Below, in pieces: positions 22,993 to 36,443 of a DNA stretch of 64,000 nt; within the stretch, counting starts at the first letter, position 1, and each line of letters begins with the position of its first letter. The notes beneath the pieces are model-generated. The model was given only the letters and a program-made list of their open reading frames with translations, had not been told where the DNA came from and did not search any database. This DNA comes from Phyllosticta citribraziliensis (taxonomy: Eukaryota): contig NW_027117338.1 in assembly GCF_038025025.1 (NCBI RefSeq), forward strand, positions 124,001-188,000, in the 5' to 3' direction. Both the position numbers and the translations under genes were made by a program.

Positions 22993-25661
22993 TCACGCAT
23001 ACCGCATACTGCTGTACGCGGGCGGCACATGCATGGGCACAGGCGGCGGCGGCGGCTGCGCAGGCGCGCCACTATGCCAGCTGCCCGTGTAGCTGTTGGT
23101 GCCGGCCGAGACGCTGCCGCGGTCAGTGGCAAAGGGGCGCTGGCTGTCGGGCGTGTGGCGGCCGGCAGCGCTGTTTGGAGCCCAGGGCATGGGGCTGCGC
23201 GGCATGTGCGGGGGAGGAAAGGGGGCGGCGCCAGGAGGAGCGCCGTGGGCATGAGGCGGGATGCCAGGGCCAGGGCCAGGGCCCATGGCCATGCCCGGCG
23301 GCGGAGGCTGCGGGATCCAGGGCGGCGCCGTCTTCGCGCGGCGGTTGGCGGAGCGGCGGCGCACGCGGCGCGAGATGCAGCCGAAGATGGAGAGAAGCAG
23401 GAGCGCGCCAATGGCCACGCAGACGCCGATGACGATGCCCTTGTGGTCCTGGATCCAGGAGCCGATTTCCTTGGCCGTCGACGAGCCCGCGCAGCGCCCG
23501 TTGCGGCAGTGCCCGCCGCCGCCGCACTCGGTGCCGTCGAGGAAGTTCTGCTGCAGGTTGTAACACACGTTGGCGCCGAACTCCGGGCTGGCGCAGCTGA
23601 TCTGGCACGTTTGGTGGTTGCAGGCGTACGTGTCATTGGTGCCCTGCGTGTATGCTCCCAGCGCCGTCTTGCACTGCTGGTCTCTGCTCGTGCACTGCCC
23701 GCTGGAGCACTTGAGGCCGTCGCCACATTTTGTGCCGTCCTCGGCATTCGAGTCGACGGGGCAGTAGGCCGAGTCGCCGGTGCAGACCTCCTGAGGATCA
23801 CACTGCCCGGTCGATGCGCGGCAAACGGTACCGTTCGAGGCAAACTGGCAACCTCGGCAGCAGTCTTCGTTCGAGTCGTCGCACACGGCACCGCTCTTGA
23901 ATTTGCACGTGGTGGCATCGCAGCAAGGGTTGTTGGCGCAGCCATCAGTGCCGCCACAGTCGCAGTCTTCGCCTTCTTCGACGATGCCGTTGCCGCACTG
24001 TTGGCCAGAAATCAAGGTGACGCCCCTGTTGTTGGTGAAGCAGCTCGTCTTGACGCTGTTCCGGCCCATGGCACTGCAGATGTTTCCAATGGAGCAGGGG
24101 CTGAACTTGGTAATGCCTCGCGCAGTGGACGGATTCATAATGTACTGCTCGCCAGCATCGCAAGTGTCCGAGCTGAGCGGACAGCATTGCTGCGAGTTGA
24201 CAACGCCGCTGTCTGAACAGGTCTGGCTGGTGCAGTCGTGGACAGCACCGAACGTGTGCCCGGTTTCGTGACTGGGATGTTATAAGCTTCTTTGAGTTTG
24301 ACTCAAGGTTGGGCTTGGCTGGGAAGCTTGACTTACGCAACGACCTGCCATTCGGTATTGGTCCGCGCGACAACGTTTGCGCTCGCAACCGTCTCCCCGG
24401 AACTGGAACCGGAAGAGCCACCACTTCCCGTGGACGAGTTTCCTCCACTTTCCACACCTTGCACGCACGCCTGGCCCAGCCAGGCTAGACCGACGGCCTG
24501 GCCCGTGTTGCACGTGGTTAGCAGAGTCCAATGCGAGTTGGTGTCCGGCCGGTTGCCCCTCCAATCGGAAAACATGTTGAGGCGGTCCTGGATGGTAATG
24601 CTGTCGGCACATGCTTGATTCCACATGGTCGCCTGCTGAGGCGTTCCCGGGCAGTTTGCATCGCTGACGGTCAAGTTGCGCAGGCCGAGCGTGATGTTGA
24701 ACGTCGTCTCGTACAAGTCAGAAGCCGAGTTGATGACGCTAATGACGTTTTGACGCGCGGTTTCGGACGAGTTGAAGGATCCAGTGTAGGTGCAGTCCGT
24801 GGCAACGCCAACAAGAGCGACCTTTCGGGAGGTCGGACAGCCAGACGTCTGACCAATGCTCGAAACGAGATTGACACCGGCGCTGTTTCCGCCAGGCTGA
24901 GTGTCAATCTGACGTTTAGAAAACAAGTTTGTCATGGAGTCAGCGCCCCAGAAGCCTTCCTCGCGCTTGAGCAGGGGAGCCAGGACGGCGTGATTCGGGT
25001 CGGTGTTGAAAGACAGCGCGTCGGCCTGGCAGGCAAAGTGGTCATCGAGGCCTCGCTTCCTCAGCTCGTCGTGGCCGTAGTGATAGGGGGTGGCAGAAAT
25101 GTCCGAGTCGCGCCAGACGACCATGAACTCGTCGTCGGCATCTTCCAGCGCCGGGTCCATGGCATGTTTTGTCTGCGTGTAGCTGGAGCTCATCTGCACG
25201 TGGTGGTGGTCGTAGTCGATGGCAAAGACACCCTCAAAGAGCGGCCGCACGCCATCTCTGCGAACCGAGATGCGAGCCCATCCTCTTTCGTGCCAAGTGG
25301 TCGACTCTTCGTTCCTGACCCATGTGCGTCCCTTGTAGACCTTGTGGTCCAGGCGGTCAATGGCCTCTCTGCGGGTGACCTGGCCGTCGGGGCCAAGGTA
25401 CTCGACGGTGGCGTCGTCGGCGAGAATGTCGTGGTTGGGTTCCAAGGCCAGGCGCACGAGCTCGGCGCCATTGCGCAAGTCAAAGGACAGGTCAAAGTGC
25501 GAGAGGGCGGTGACGCGGTGGTTATAGGTGTGGAAGCTGGGGTTGCGGAGGACCTCGAGGGCGTTGAGTGGGTTTCGGGCGAATGAGCTTGCGTGGCCCA
25601 GTGTGGGGAGGGCGGCGACGACGACGCAAGCAGTCGAGGCCGCAGCGCGGAGGAGGCGCAT
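22993..25661 (-). CDS. ADAM-family zinc metalloprotease (ADM-B-like): signal peptide, prodomain, reprolysin domain, disintegrin/Cys-rich region, TM, Pro-rich tail; exons 25661-24337, 24271-22993
   Basis: Intron 24336-24272 lies just before the HETGHTFGAVHD zinc motif. Met-turn YIMNP, disintegrin start CGNGIVEEGEDCDCG, TM IVIGVCVAIGALLLLSIFGCI. Confidence 0.93.
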
Positions 25662-26074
25662 GGCGGCGGAGATCGTCGACCGGGGTGCTGAGAGAGGAGG
25701 ACGAGGGATCGGTCGACTCGAGCTGCAGTTCTATATTGGCATTTGGGGATTTGGGTTTGTCGAAGCTCTGGGAGCGAGGCGGCGGTTTATGAAAACACAG
25801 GGACGCGGGCGGCGGACGATGGCTTAGAGGGCGGCAGTGCTGCTTGGCATGCACGACACTGCGGTGGTGCTAGCACTGGAAACGCGGGGCGGGAATGCAG
25901 CCTTCATTGCATGTTCCTTGCTACCTGAGGTGATATCCAGACCAAACGCCAGCCTCCCGTTCCCCGTCCAACCGCCTACCGTACTGTAGCGTACCTACAC
26001 TGTACATCCATCCGCATGTGCCTACACTATCCACACCGCACTATTCACACTGTACCGGGTATCTCTCCCCCAAC

Positions 26075-28385
26075 CTACTTCTTCCTGCTCGCGTGCACCG
26101 TCTCGATTATCTTATCCACAACGCTCGGATCCGAAAGCTGCCAAGCATCGTCGTCAGCTGCCGTCTTCACTCGCCCGTCGGAGGGCTGATTAATAGCATC
26201 ACTCACCGTCGACGTATCGCCAAGCTGATCCTCCTCCCCGGCCAAGATCTTGCGCAGAATCCGCCTCATGATCTTGCCAGACCGCGTCTTGGGCAGGTCT
26301 GACACCACAAACACCGCCTTGGGAGCCGCAAATGGCCCAATAGACTTTCGGACCTGCAGAATCAGATCCTTCTTGGTCTGCTCCGTCACCTCGTTGCCGT
26401 TCTTGAGCGACACAAAGGCGTTGACGGCCTGCCCCGTCAGCTCGTCATTGATGCCCACAACCGCCGCCTCCGCGACAATGGCTGTGCAAAGTTGTCAGCT
26501 CGGTGTACTCTCCCAAAACGGTCAAAACTTACGGTGCTCTATCAACGCGGCCTCAATCTCTGCCGTCGACAGCCGGTGTCCCGACACGTTGACGACGTCA
26601 TCGACACGACCCCGAATCCAGTAGTATCCCTCGTGGTCACGCCCGGCTCCGTCGCCCGTAAAGTAGTAGCCCTTGTAGACCTTGAGGTATGTCTCCAGGT
26701 AGCGCTTGTGCGCTCCCCACACCGTGCGCGCCATGCTGGGCCACGCCTGCTTGAACGCCAGCACGCCCTCGACGTCGTTGCCGTGAATCTCCTCGCCCGA
26801 CACGGGGTCGATGATGGCCGGCTCAATGCCAAAGAATGGGAGCGACGCACTTCCGGGCTTGGTGGGCGTCACGCCGCCAAGGGGAGTGATGACGTGGGAG
26901 CCAGTCTCCGTCTGCCAATAAGTGTCGACAATGTGCGCCTCCTCCTTGCCGACGATTTCGAAGTACCACTTCCACACCTCGGCCGCAATGGGCTCGCCGA
27001 CGGAGCCGAGCACGCGCAGGTGCTTCATCTGGTGCTTCACGTGGTGGTCTCCGGCGCGCTTCAGCAACCGCAGCGCAGTCGGGGCAACGTAGAATTGCGT
27101 CACGGCATGCTTCTCCACCACGTCCCAGTAGCGCGAAAAGTCGGGGTACGCCGGGGTACCTTCAAAGACGACCGTCGCGACACCGAGCAGCAGCGGCGCG
27201 TAAACGACGTACGTGTGTCCAGTAATCCAGCCAACGTCACCACCGCAGAAAAATCTGTCGCTGTCATGAATGTCAAACACGTACTTGCCCGTGGCCGCCG
27301 CGCCAAGCAAGTATCCGCCAGTCGTGTGCATGACGCCCTTGGGCTTGCCCGTCGAGCCGGAGGTGTAGAGCAAGAACAGGGGGTCCTCGGAGCTCATGGA
27401 CTCGGGCGCAATGTAGGCGGGGTATTTTTCAACCTCGTCGTGCCACCAGTAGTCACGGCCGGGGGTCCACGGCACGTCGGAGCCGGTGCGCTTGTACACC
27501 AGGCAGTGTGAGACGTTGGGGCACTGCTTGAGGGCCTCGTCGACAATCTTCTTGGTGCCAATGACCTTGCCGCCGCGCTTGCCCTCGTCCGTGGTGATGA
27601 TGACCTTGCTGTTCGCGTCGACGATGCGATCCCGCAGCGAGTCGGACGAGAAGCCGGCGAAAATGACCGAGTGGACGGCGCCGATGCGCGAGCAGGCCAG
27701 GAAAGATATGACGGCCTCGGGGATCATGGGCAGGTACAGGGCCACCGTGTCGCCTTTGCGCACGCCCATGGACTTGAGGACGTATGCCAGCTTGCTCACC
27801 TCGCGCAGCAGCTCGCCGTAGGAGATGGTGCGGCCCTCATTGTACTCGTCGGCCTCGTAGATGATGGCGGGCTTGTCCGGGTTCTTGATGGCGTGGCGGT
27901 CGACGCAGTTGAACGAGGCGTTGAGGCGGCCCTCGAGGAACCAGGCATTGTCGCCGTGCTCGAGGCTGCCCGAGTGGACCGTCTGGAAATCGCGCTCCCA
28001 GGTGAGCAGCTCGCGTGCTAGCCGGCCCCAAAACTGGTTGGGCTGCTCGATCGACTCCTTGTACAACTGCTTGTAGTGGTCGAGGCCGTCGAGATGGGGT
28101 TTGCTGGGGTGCTTTCTGCGGCAGGCCGTCAGCTTGCTCTTGCTGCAGGGCGTGGTTGGCGGTGCCGGCGACTTGGGCCAGGGCGCGCGGGGTTCCGTTT
28201 GGCGGCGCGGGTGTGACGACCTGACGCGCAGAACCCCCCGCCATGGGCGACCTGCACCGGGCTGTAAAAATCAACAACGAGAGCAACACTCACGCGAAAA
28301 GAGCCTCGGGCACGTGGAAGGTGTCGACGGCGTGTGCTTCGGCGACGACGGGGCCGGTGGGAGGCTTTACGTTTCCGTCGGACAT
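26075..28385 (-). CDS. facA: Acetyl-CoA synthetase (AMP-forming); exons 28385-28294, 28115-26533, 26481-26207, 26137-26075
   Basis: Motifs [46 protein letters not shown]. Three GT-AG introns restore the frame. Confidence 0.95.
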
Positions 28386-30329
28386 GGCGGCGGCTGTGGA
28401 GAAGGACGAAGAAGGCGAGGAGAAGGAGAGAGTCGGTGCGGGAGCTTGGTTAAAGGAGGGAGGATGGTCGGACGGATATATAGGTACAGGTCGCGCCGAG
28501 AGGTGGAGTCGGGGACAAGTTGAAGAGGAGAAAGATTGGATGGCCGCAGTTCGGATGGACGTCAGACGCGAGCGAGGTTTGAGAGAAGTAGAAGCCAGTG
28601 ATGCGAAGCGGCGCAGCGTGCGTGGGCTGGCGGGAACGGACGAGGATTTAAATAATCAGCAACAATGGGCTGAGGGGAGATGGTGCAAAGGGTCCGGGGA
28701 GCGTCATGGCTAATGTATAAGGAATGATGGTCGAATTGGTGTATGCCAATGGATGTCAGCCTCAAATGCGGGGGAAGACGCCGCAGCTGGTGCCATTGGC
28801 CGTGTCATGGATGGGAACTCCTTCTCCCTTCCCTTCCGCCGACGCCAGGCCCGACGCACACAATCAATTGATTCCTGGCGCCCGACGTGAAGTTCTACAC
28901 ACAGTCCGATAACCGTATCCATAGGGCGCGCCGCTTTCGCTCTCCGGCCGCGCGCTGGTGGTGGGGCCCGCGTGCAGTCGACGGCTTATTCGCCCGTCGC
29001 CCAGTGGCTGCAGCTGTCCGCATCCTCCGTCTGCCCACTCGGCCGCGAGCTTCGTCCGATCGAGTCGTCTGAAGTCTGCCCACGTCGTCTGCTGCTGGTG
29101 TTTCGACTGCATCGATGCCGTTCTTTTGTTGGCGACGGGCCCAGAGACTGTTGGGAATCGTCATCCACCAGCCGACGGGGCGGGCCCTGAATTGCACCGC
29201 CGCTCATCGCTCCCCCTCCAGTACAGGTAATCGATCGTCCCTCACGCCCCCCCCTCGCCTCGCTTGCCTCGGACCTCTTTGTTCCCCCCCTCCTCTTCAC
29301 CACCACCGACTCGCGACTTCACCACCCTCGAGTCAACACTCCCAGTCCAGACCCTGCAGCGCCGTGCCTCGTCCACCGCTGCGGCCCATCCCGACGCCCC
29401 AAACCACCAATCACCACCTCCACCACGCTCACCGCGTGCGCTCGTTGCGTGGGAAATTCCGCATCCAGTTGCCCGAACCAGATTGCCCATGGTCCCATTG
29501 GCCCGCCGCCTCTCGCAATGCAAATCCCCCTCTGGCCAAATATTGGTCCCTGTCGTGTGTCGACGCCGCTCGAGTGCCAATCAAGAGCGCGACGGCAAAA
29601 TCTTTAAATCGACGGCAGACAGACGTCCTGGGGGTGCACGCACTGTAGAGCGCCAGCAGTCTAGAGCGCCATGGAGCAGGTGGAGAATTCCCCGAGTGCA
29701 ACAACACCACGCCATCCCATCCATCCACAACCACCATTCAAACGCGCGATGCTCACTCGCAATCTGCACTCATCCACCTCCGCACTCCTGACATGACTAG
29801 GACCACGCGTCCAATCAGGCAAGTACATTCACCACTATTGCCTGCTGTGCCGCAAACCACACACACATATAATAAAGAAAGTGGAGCCAAAAAGCAGACG
29901 AGGCAAACTGTGGAGATGCAGCGCGCTGCGGCGTGGGGGTGGAGACACCTCTGGCCAGACGAATAACGATTGACACTTTTTTTTTTCTTTCTCTGTGTCC
30001 CGCTTACCATGTCGTGGTCGTTCAACTGCCGGCCGGCATTTGCCCCATCCCCAGAGCAGGCATAGCGTCAGGGGCAAGGCAAGGTATGTTGTAGTTACAT
30101 TGTACTGTACCCAGGGCAGTGAGAGAAGTGGCGCAACGGCGGTCAGCAGCAAGTAGGTCACATACCTTTATTGGGCTCAATTGTCGGGGAATTTTTCTTC
30201 TTCGTCGGCGCGCGTGCGCTCTGACACGCCATGCCATGCCATCTACATGTGCACTCGACATGTACTGTACCTATCCACTTACGGTGCCTGGCCAGCTCGT
30301 GCATCTGCATATGCACCTAAGGTACAGGC

Positions 30330-31870
30330 ATGCACATGTACCTACCTACCTACCTACTAGCATCCCCCGAGTACACACGCACCAAACACGCTCATGTCTC
30401 GGTGATATGTACGGTACGGTACCTGGTACCTATATGCAATAGCATCTCGCACACCACTCACGTCCATCTACCCATCCCTCCATCTACCTGCCTACCTACC
30501 CCAGCCAATCACAACCCCCGCAATCCAACCAACCAGCCGACTACCGCACCAATCACCTAGCACGCCGGACGGACGGAGCACGGGCGGCGGGCAGCGGGCG
30601 GCGGGACCAGGCCGACCACCGCTGACCACTACCGCACCTATAGGGACCGAGCCGACGGGCGGGCGGGCGAGTCAGCTGTCTGTCTGTCACGACGTCAGTC
30701 CGACAGTCTGTCGCCGGGGAGGCAGGACTTGCGCCGGACTGGAAGATGTGAAGAGCAAAGACCACCCAGGCCAGTGTGGGAAGAAGGCAGAGAGGAAAGT
30801 GTAACATCTATCATGCGTACGCTGACATGCATGCCGTAGGTAGGTATGCAAACACACACACACACGTACGCATGCTCGTAGTCGACTCGACTCGACTCGA
30901 CTCGATGCGACGGACGACGGAGTCGGAGACAGCCCACCGGATCGAAAAGACAATGGCACAATAGCACAATGAGCACTACCTTGCTTCATCAGCAAGTCAA
31001 CCGACCGCGCGCTGGCTCGACTATGTCCCTATTTTATTTCGTCTCATCTCTTTCCCTGCCTACCATCAGCCAAGAAAGCAAGAAAGCAAGACAGAGCCAC
31101 CCGAGCCGAGACGAAACAACACAGAAAGGTCGTCCCGCCCACTCAGCCAACCACTCAGCCAGACAGTCAGTCAGTCAGTCAGTCAATCAGACAAGCCATG
31201 CGTACGTGCGAGCGAGCGAGCGACAGCGCACGCACGCATGTCTGGCTAGGCTACCTACCGTACGTCGTCGACGTGATGGACGTCTCGTCTCGTCTCGACC
31301 CGTTTTCTCTGCAAAAGACCGACAGGCAGACAGTAGAAGACAGGCAGGCACACAATGGACAATGCGCTTTGTCCCTCGTCAGCCCTCCAACGCTTCTGCC
31401 ACCGCCGCCGCCAGCACCAATGTTTTCCTTCGACAAGACAGACAGACCGCGCGACAGCTAGACCACCATAGAGCGCCAGACAGTCCGACAGACAGACAGA
31501 CACAGCATCCGCGAAGCAACAAAGAAAGAAAGGAAAGGAGCAACGCGCGCCGCGCATACAACAATGGAGTTTAAAAGCGAATTTCCCCCCAGCAAGACGC
31601 TTCTTCTTCTATTCTTGTGCAAGACGGAAAAACTGACTCGACTCGACTTGACTTGACTTGATACGGCTGGCCGCAGAAGACCATCTGTCATTGTCGCCTC
31701 GAGAAAGAGAGAAAAGGAGGAACGAAAGAAAGAAGTTAACGACGAACCGGACTGGACTGGACTGGACTGGACTGGATTCAGACACGCAGAAAATCAGACG
31801 GACACGACCTACCGTCACCCTACCAACCTACCTACATCACCACACAACCATCCATCCAGCATCCAACCAT
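30330..31870. repeat. Microsatellite-dense region: (TACC)n, (CA)n, (CTCGA)n, (CAGT)n, (GACA)n, (CTTGA)n, (GACTG)n
   Basis: Examples: CTCGA run 30881-30905, CAGT run about 31164-31184, GACTG run about 31749-31776. Confidence 0.8.
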
Positions 31871-33901
31871 GCACGCCTTCTCCACACACACCAACACCAA
31901 CACGAGCGGTAGCGGCGCACCACCCCAACTCGTCCGATCAACAGGCATCGCACGCCGACCGCGTCGACCAGCACCAGCACCAGCACCAGCACCAGCAACA
32001 CCGTCACAGCCGCCCGCCGGTGCAGCGCGCCGCCGCGACTACCGCTCAGAGCAGGATCTCCTCCGCGGCAACGATGACGGCGGTGCAAGTGGCAGCACGA
32101 CGCAAAAGCCCACGCGCGCATGGCGGACATGGCCAACCCAACCACCAACCTTGATCCCAGCACCAGCACCAGGGCCAGCACCGACACCACCAGCCAGCCT
32201 CGCCATCGGCGTCGGCGTCGGCGCCGTCGGACAGCAAACGCCGCAAATCCGGCACCAACTGCAGAGCCGGCGGTCGTTTGCAGCGCGCGTCGAAGCGTCG
32301 ACCGGCCCGGCGACAGCGCCACGAGCAGACGGCGGGAGAGGTGGCGGGAGAGATCTGGGGCCAGACGGCGAGGATGAGGTGGCGCTGCTGACGGGCGGAC
32401 GCATCCCGCGCAGCTTCTCGACGAGTGCGCAGACGCGGGTTGCGGCTGTGCATCGGCGGCGAGGCGTTGAGGTGAGTAAGGGGGCGGCGGGGCGGGGCGC
32501 GATGGGTGGTTTGCCTGTCATAGCGGAGACGACGACGGTGGCGCATGGTGCGAGTGCTGGTAGGTCAAGAGCAGCGTCGGCGGCCGTGGTAGCGGTGCCA
32601 GCAACAGTTGAAGGAGGAGGAGGAGGAGAGACCCCGCCTCGCCTCCCTTTCCTCGCCTTCTCCGGGACTGGACACCTCCCGCTGCAGGACGGCGATGCGG
32701 CCGCGAGGGCGGCGAGGAAGAACGCCTTGCTGGCCGAGCTGTACGCGCTGGAGACGCAATCGGCAGTAGCAGCAGGAGGAGGGCAAGAGACAGATACAGA
32801 TGCGCATGGCGTCGGCACGCCGCACGAGCGCGAGCGCCAAATCATTGCCGAGTTGATGGACCTGGTGCACGAGTATGCCGTGGTCGAGGAAAACAGGTAT
32901 CTGCCCGGCGAGCAGAGGCATGACAGGGAGAGGGGGCAAGGAGGTGCAGTGGTAGAGCTGCCCGCCTACGACGCCCGCTCCTACACATTCCCGCAGCCGG
33001 CGTATAGTCGACGGCCCGTGTGGCCAGGGCCACAAACGCATCCGCAGCAGCAACCACAAGCACCGTCGCCAGAGCTGTACGCATCGGAGCCGTGGGCAGT
33101 GAAGCCGCGGCGTCCCGGCGTCCCCGTAATTGGACTGGGCAACGTGCTGCATGGACGACGACGGCAGGATGAGGTGTATGGGGAAGAGGGACAGTCGAGC
33201 CGTTCGTTCCCGGCAAATCGTTCAGAGTTCCAGGTCGAGACGCTGTTCCGCGAGTCGATGCTCGAGGCGCGGCAGCGGCAAGAAGAAGAGGAGGCGATGA
33301 TGGCAGAGCAGAGGGTGGGAGGGCTGCACGAAGCAGCAGCCGGCTCTCCGTCTCCATCCCCCTCCTATCCGTCTTCGACAGGCCTGTCGGACAACACCGC
33401 AGCCGCCGTCGGCAGCGGCAACGCTGAGTTCGCCGTCGAGCAAACGCTCCCCTCCATCTACATGATCCGCCCCACCGGCCGCGAGCCCCCCGAACCCACC
33501 ATCGACCCGCGCTACAACGCCAACCTGGACGAGACGCGGCTCACACCGCCAGGCGCCCCCAAGGCCAAGATGCGTAGGCGGCTGGCCGGGCTGCGCGGAC
33601 AAGGTCTTGACGACGCGCCCGAGGTGGTGACGGCGGAGATGCTGGGGGTGCCTGAGATTGCTGCTGCTGCAGAGCAGAAGGCGGAAGTGGAGGGCGCGCA
33701 GTGCAGGTCGTTGGAGCCGGGTGAGCTGCCATTGCCGACGATGCGGAGGCAGGGGTCTGGCAGACAGGTACGTTCATTTTTCTTTTTTTTTTCCCTGTTG
33801 CTGCTGCTACTGGTGGCCGGTTGACTGACGAGGAGATGCAGGGCCTTGGTGCGCGCAACAGTCTGAAGAAGAGCTGGCGGAGCTTCTGGAGCCTGCGGTG
33901 A
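31869..33901 (+). CDS. Hypothetical low-complexity protein (about 650 aa); probable exons 31869-33767, 33842-33901
   Basis: Long ORF after a CA-rich leader. Donor CAG|GTACGT at 33768, poly-T tract, CTGAC branch and CAG at 33841. No recognisable domain. Confidence 0.55.
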
Positions 33902-36443
33902 GAGCCGTGTGGCAGTCTTCCTCCGCGGGGCCGTGGAGCGAGTAGTAGAGGTCTTTTACCAAGCGTTGGAGGAGTTTTGCAGCGTTTGTGCTTTTGGAGT
34001 GCTGGAATGAGATGCGACGATTTGCAGCGCTTGGATTCGTGTTTCCTGCGTCAATGTCAGCGTCATGAATGGTTAGCACTGAATGGGTTTGAGATGCTGT
34101 TCTTTGATGGGGCGGCTCTAAGGCTGGTGGTGCCAATGACATTGCTTGACCTGCGCGTCGAGGTGCTGAGAGGTGGCGACTTGGAGTCTGAGAGTGAGAA
34201 TTCCAGCCAGTCATCCGGTGCGGTGCCTACAGCAAACAGTCACGACGGCAGGCTGCAGCGCGACTGCCTACCTACCAGCCACCAGCCTCGCCCATCGCCA
34301 TCAACCCAATCCTGGCTAGCGCCAGCGCGCGCACAGGCCCCAGCGACGACTATAAAACCCTCTCGCCGCCGCGCTCCCCTCCATCCCTCTTCTCTCCACG
34401 CTCTCTTGCCTCTTGGCTTAGATCATGTGTAGTATCTGTTCTGATTAGTTTGACCACTAATCCGAGCCCACCGGGCTCGTTCTTGGTTGACGAGTTTTTG
34501 CACCGCGACGGGGTGCGCCTCTGGGCTTGCCCATGCGCCGGCCCCGTCACTGTGTCGCCCTTGTAGCACTACCAGGGGCTGACGCGACCTTCCTTCCGTC
34601 ATCGAGCGGTTCGCCTGGCGCGGGCTCTTGAGGATGGTGTTGACCTTGTTCTTGGATGAGATGGTTGGGCTGTCTGTACTGTGCTTCGATCACTTCGAGT
34701 CTGATCGAGCGTCGTCCGAAAGCGCGGCGTCGAGCGTGTCAAGCGTCGTGCTGGCTCTGGATACATGCCTCACCTCAGGCTTCGCACTCTGTCCTCTCAA
34801 CACACGCCCGCTAGAAGCTGGCCACGAGCTCTTCTCTCAGGTCTGCCTGCCGTCCAGCACCTCAGCGACCCGTGGTGCACAGAGCTCTCCTCTCCCGCTG
34901 TCAGCCGAAATTGGGGTGCGTTCGAGAACACGAACCCGCCCGTACCTTGCCGTATGTAGAAGAGACAGCCAATCGCATCGCGTCGCATCGCATCGCATCG
35001 CCTCAACCTGGCAGCAGATCGCTCTCCGCTGCCCCGCCGTCCGGTCTGCTCGCGATGAACCCGCATGTCCACCGCGTCGAAAGCCAGCCTCGCGTAGCCG
35101 TTGGCAGTTGGCGACGAGCGAGCGGCGAGCAGGGGAGGGGGAAAGCTGGGGCGGAGCGAGCCAGCAGTCTGCGTGCATTTTTGGGAGAGAAACGCCATGA
35201 CGGCGTGCGCGCATTATTGTTGCAGTGGCGGCAGTAATAATGCAGCTTGGCTGGCAGAGCGAGCGTCGAGGTAGTAATACGCGTACATACGAGTACGGTG
35301 GCTGGCAGTCAGGCATCTAGGCAAGCAGGCCGGTCAAGCGGCTACGGTAGGTAAACACATAACAGACGCACGAGAAACGAAAATGAGGCAGGCAGGCAAG
35401 CAACGAGGTCAGCTGGCATGATCGAGGCATTAAATAAATTCTTATCAACAGAGTCTAGCGAGCAAGCTAGCTGGCTAGCCAGGCCCGGCAGCAGAAGCGT
35501 ATGTACAGTACAACGCGAGGCGAGGCGAGCGAGACTCGCCCCCAAGATGTCAAAGAGGCTGTCGGCACAACACCATCCCTGCCCAGTGCGTGCCTTATCG
35601 GCGGGCATGGTGGCGCTGCCGCAGCGACGGCGCCTGCGCGGCTCATTATCATTCGTCGCACTCGAGACCACCTCAGGTCCCCAGACACAAAACATGCTTT
35701 TTGGCTCTCTGCGCAACCTCCAGGTACGTGCGCTCGAATGCTGTTTGCGGTTGGCTCCAGCAGAAATACGCATGTCGCGCATATGCTTTCGCCGCGGCGG
35801 CGTCGGTTGGCTGTTTTTCGCGGCGCGCAACTGGTCCCTGGCGAAATATGGTTGGTGATTTGGGCGCGTTGGCGAATGGCAGCGGGGCGGCGCCGCGGCT
35901 GTTCAAGACAAGGTGTGGCGGGCGCCCGCGCAGTGGAAATTGCGATGGTCTGTTGATGGTGTTTCGGAAAGAGGTTGGGCTGGTCGTGCAGCATTAGGTC
36001 CAAGAACGGGAGGTCAAGTGGTAGGGGCTCCATGGATCCGCGGGGATCCGCAGCAGCGAGTAGTAAGTGTCGTCGTCGTTGTCGTTGTCGTTGTCGTGAT
36101 TTATACATTAGTCAATTACAGGCGCGGTCGACAGAAGCGGGAAGGAGTGAAGAAAAGGTCGCCTGTCTGTCGCCGTCGGTCTGCACGTCTGCCGCTTCCC
36201 GTGCGTGGGTGGGTGCGGGGAATACAGTGATTGGCGCCGGGCCGCATGCCGCCCCCGCAACTCGCTCGCTCTCGCTCCGGTCGGTACTTGAGGATCGTCA
36301 TGGTCGCAAAAAGAGCGAAGGAATTTCTGGGCACATCATGCGCAGTCGCGGTGGTGCGCTGGTGCTCGTGTCGGAGAATGCAAGCTGGACAGCCCGGGTC
36401 GCGTCGGTTCCTTGATCCATTGGTGCAGTGGGAGGCCGTGGAA

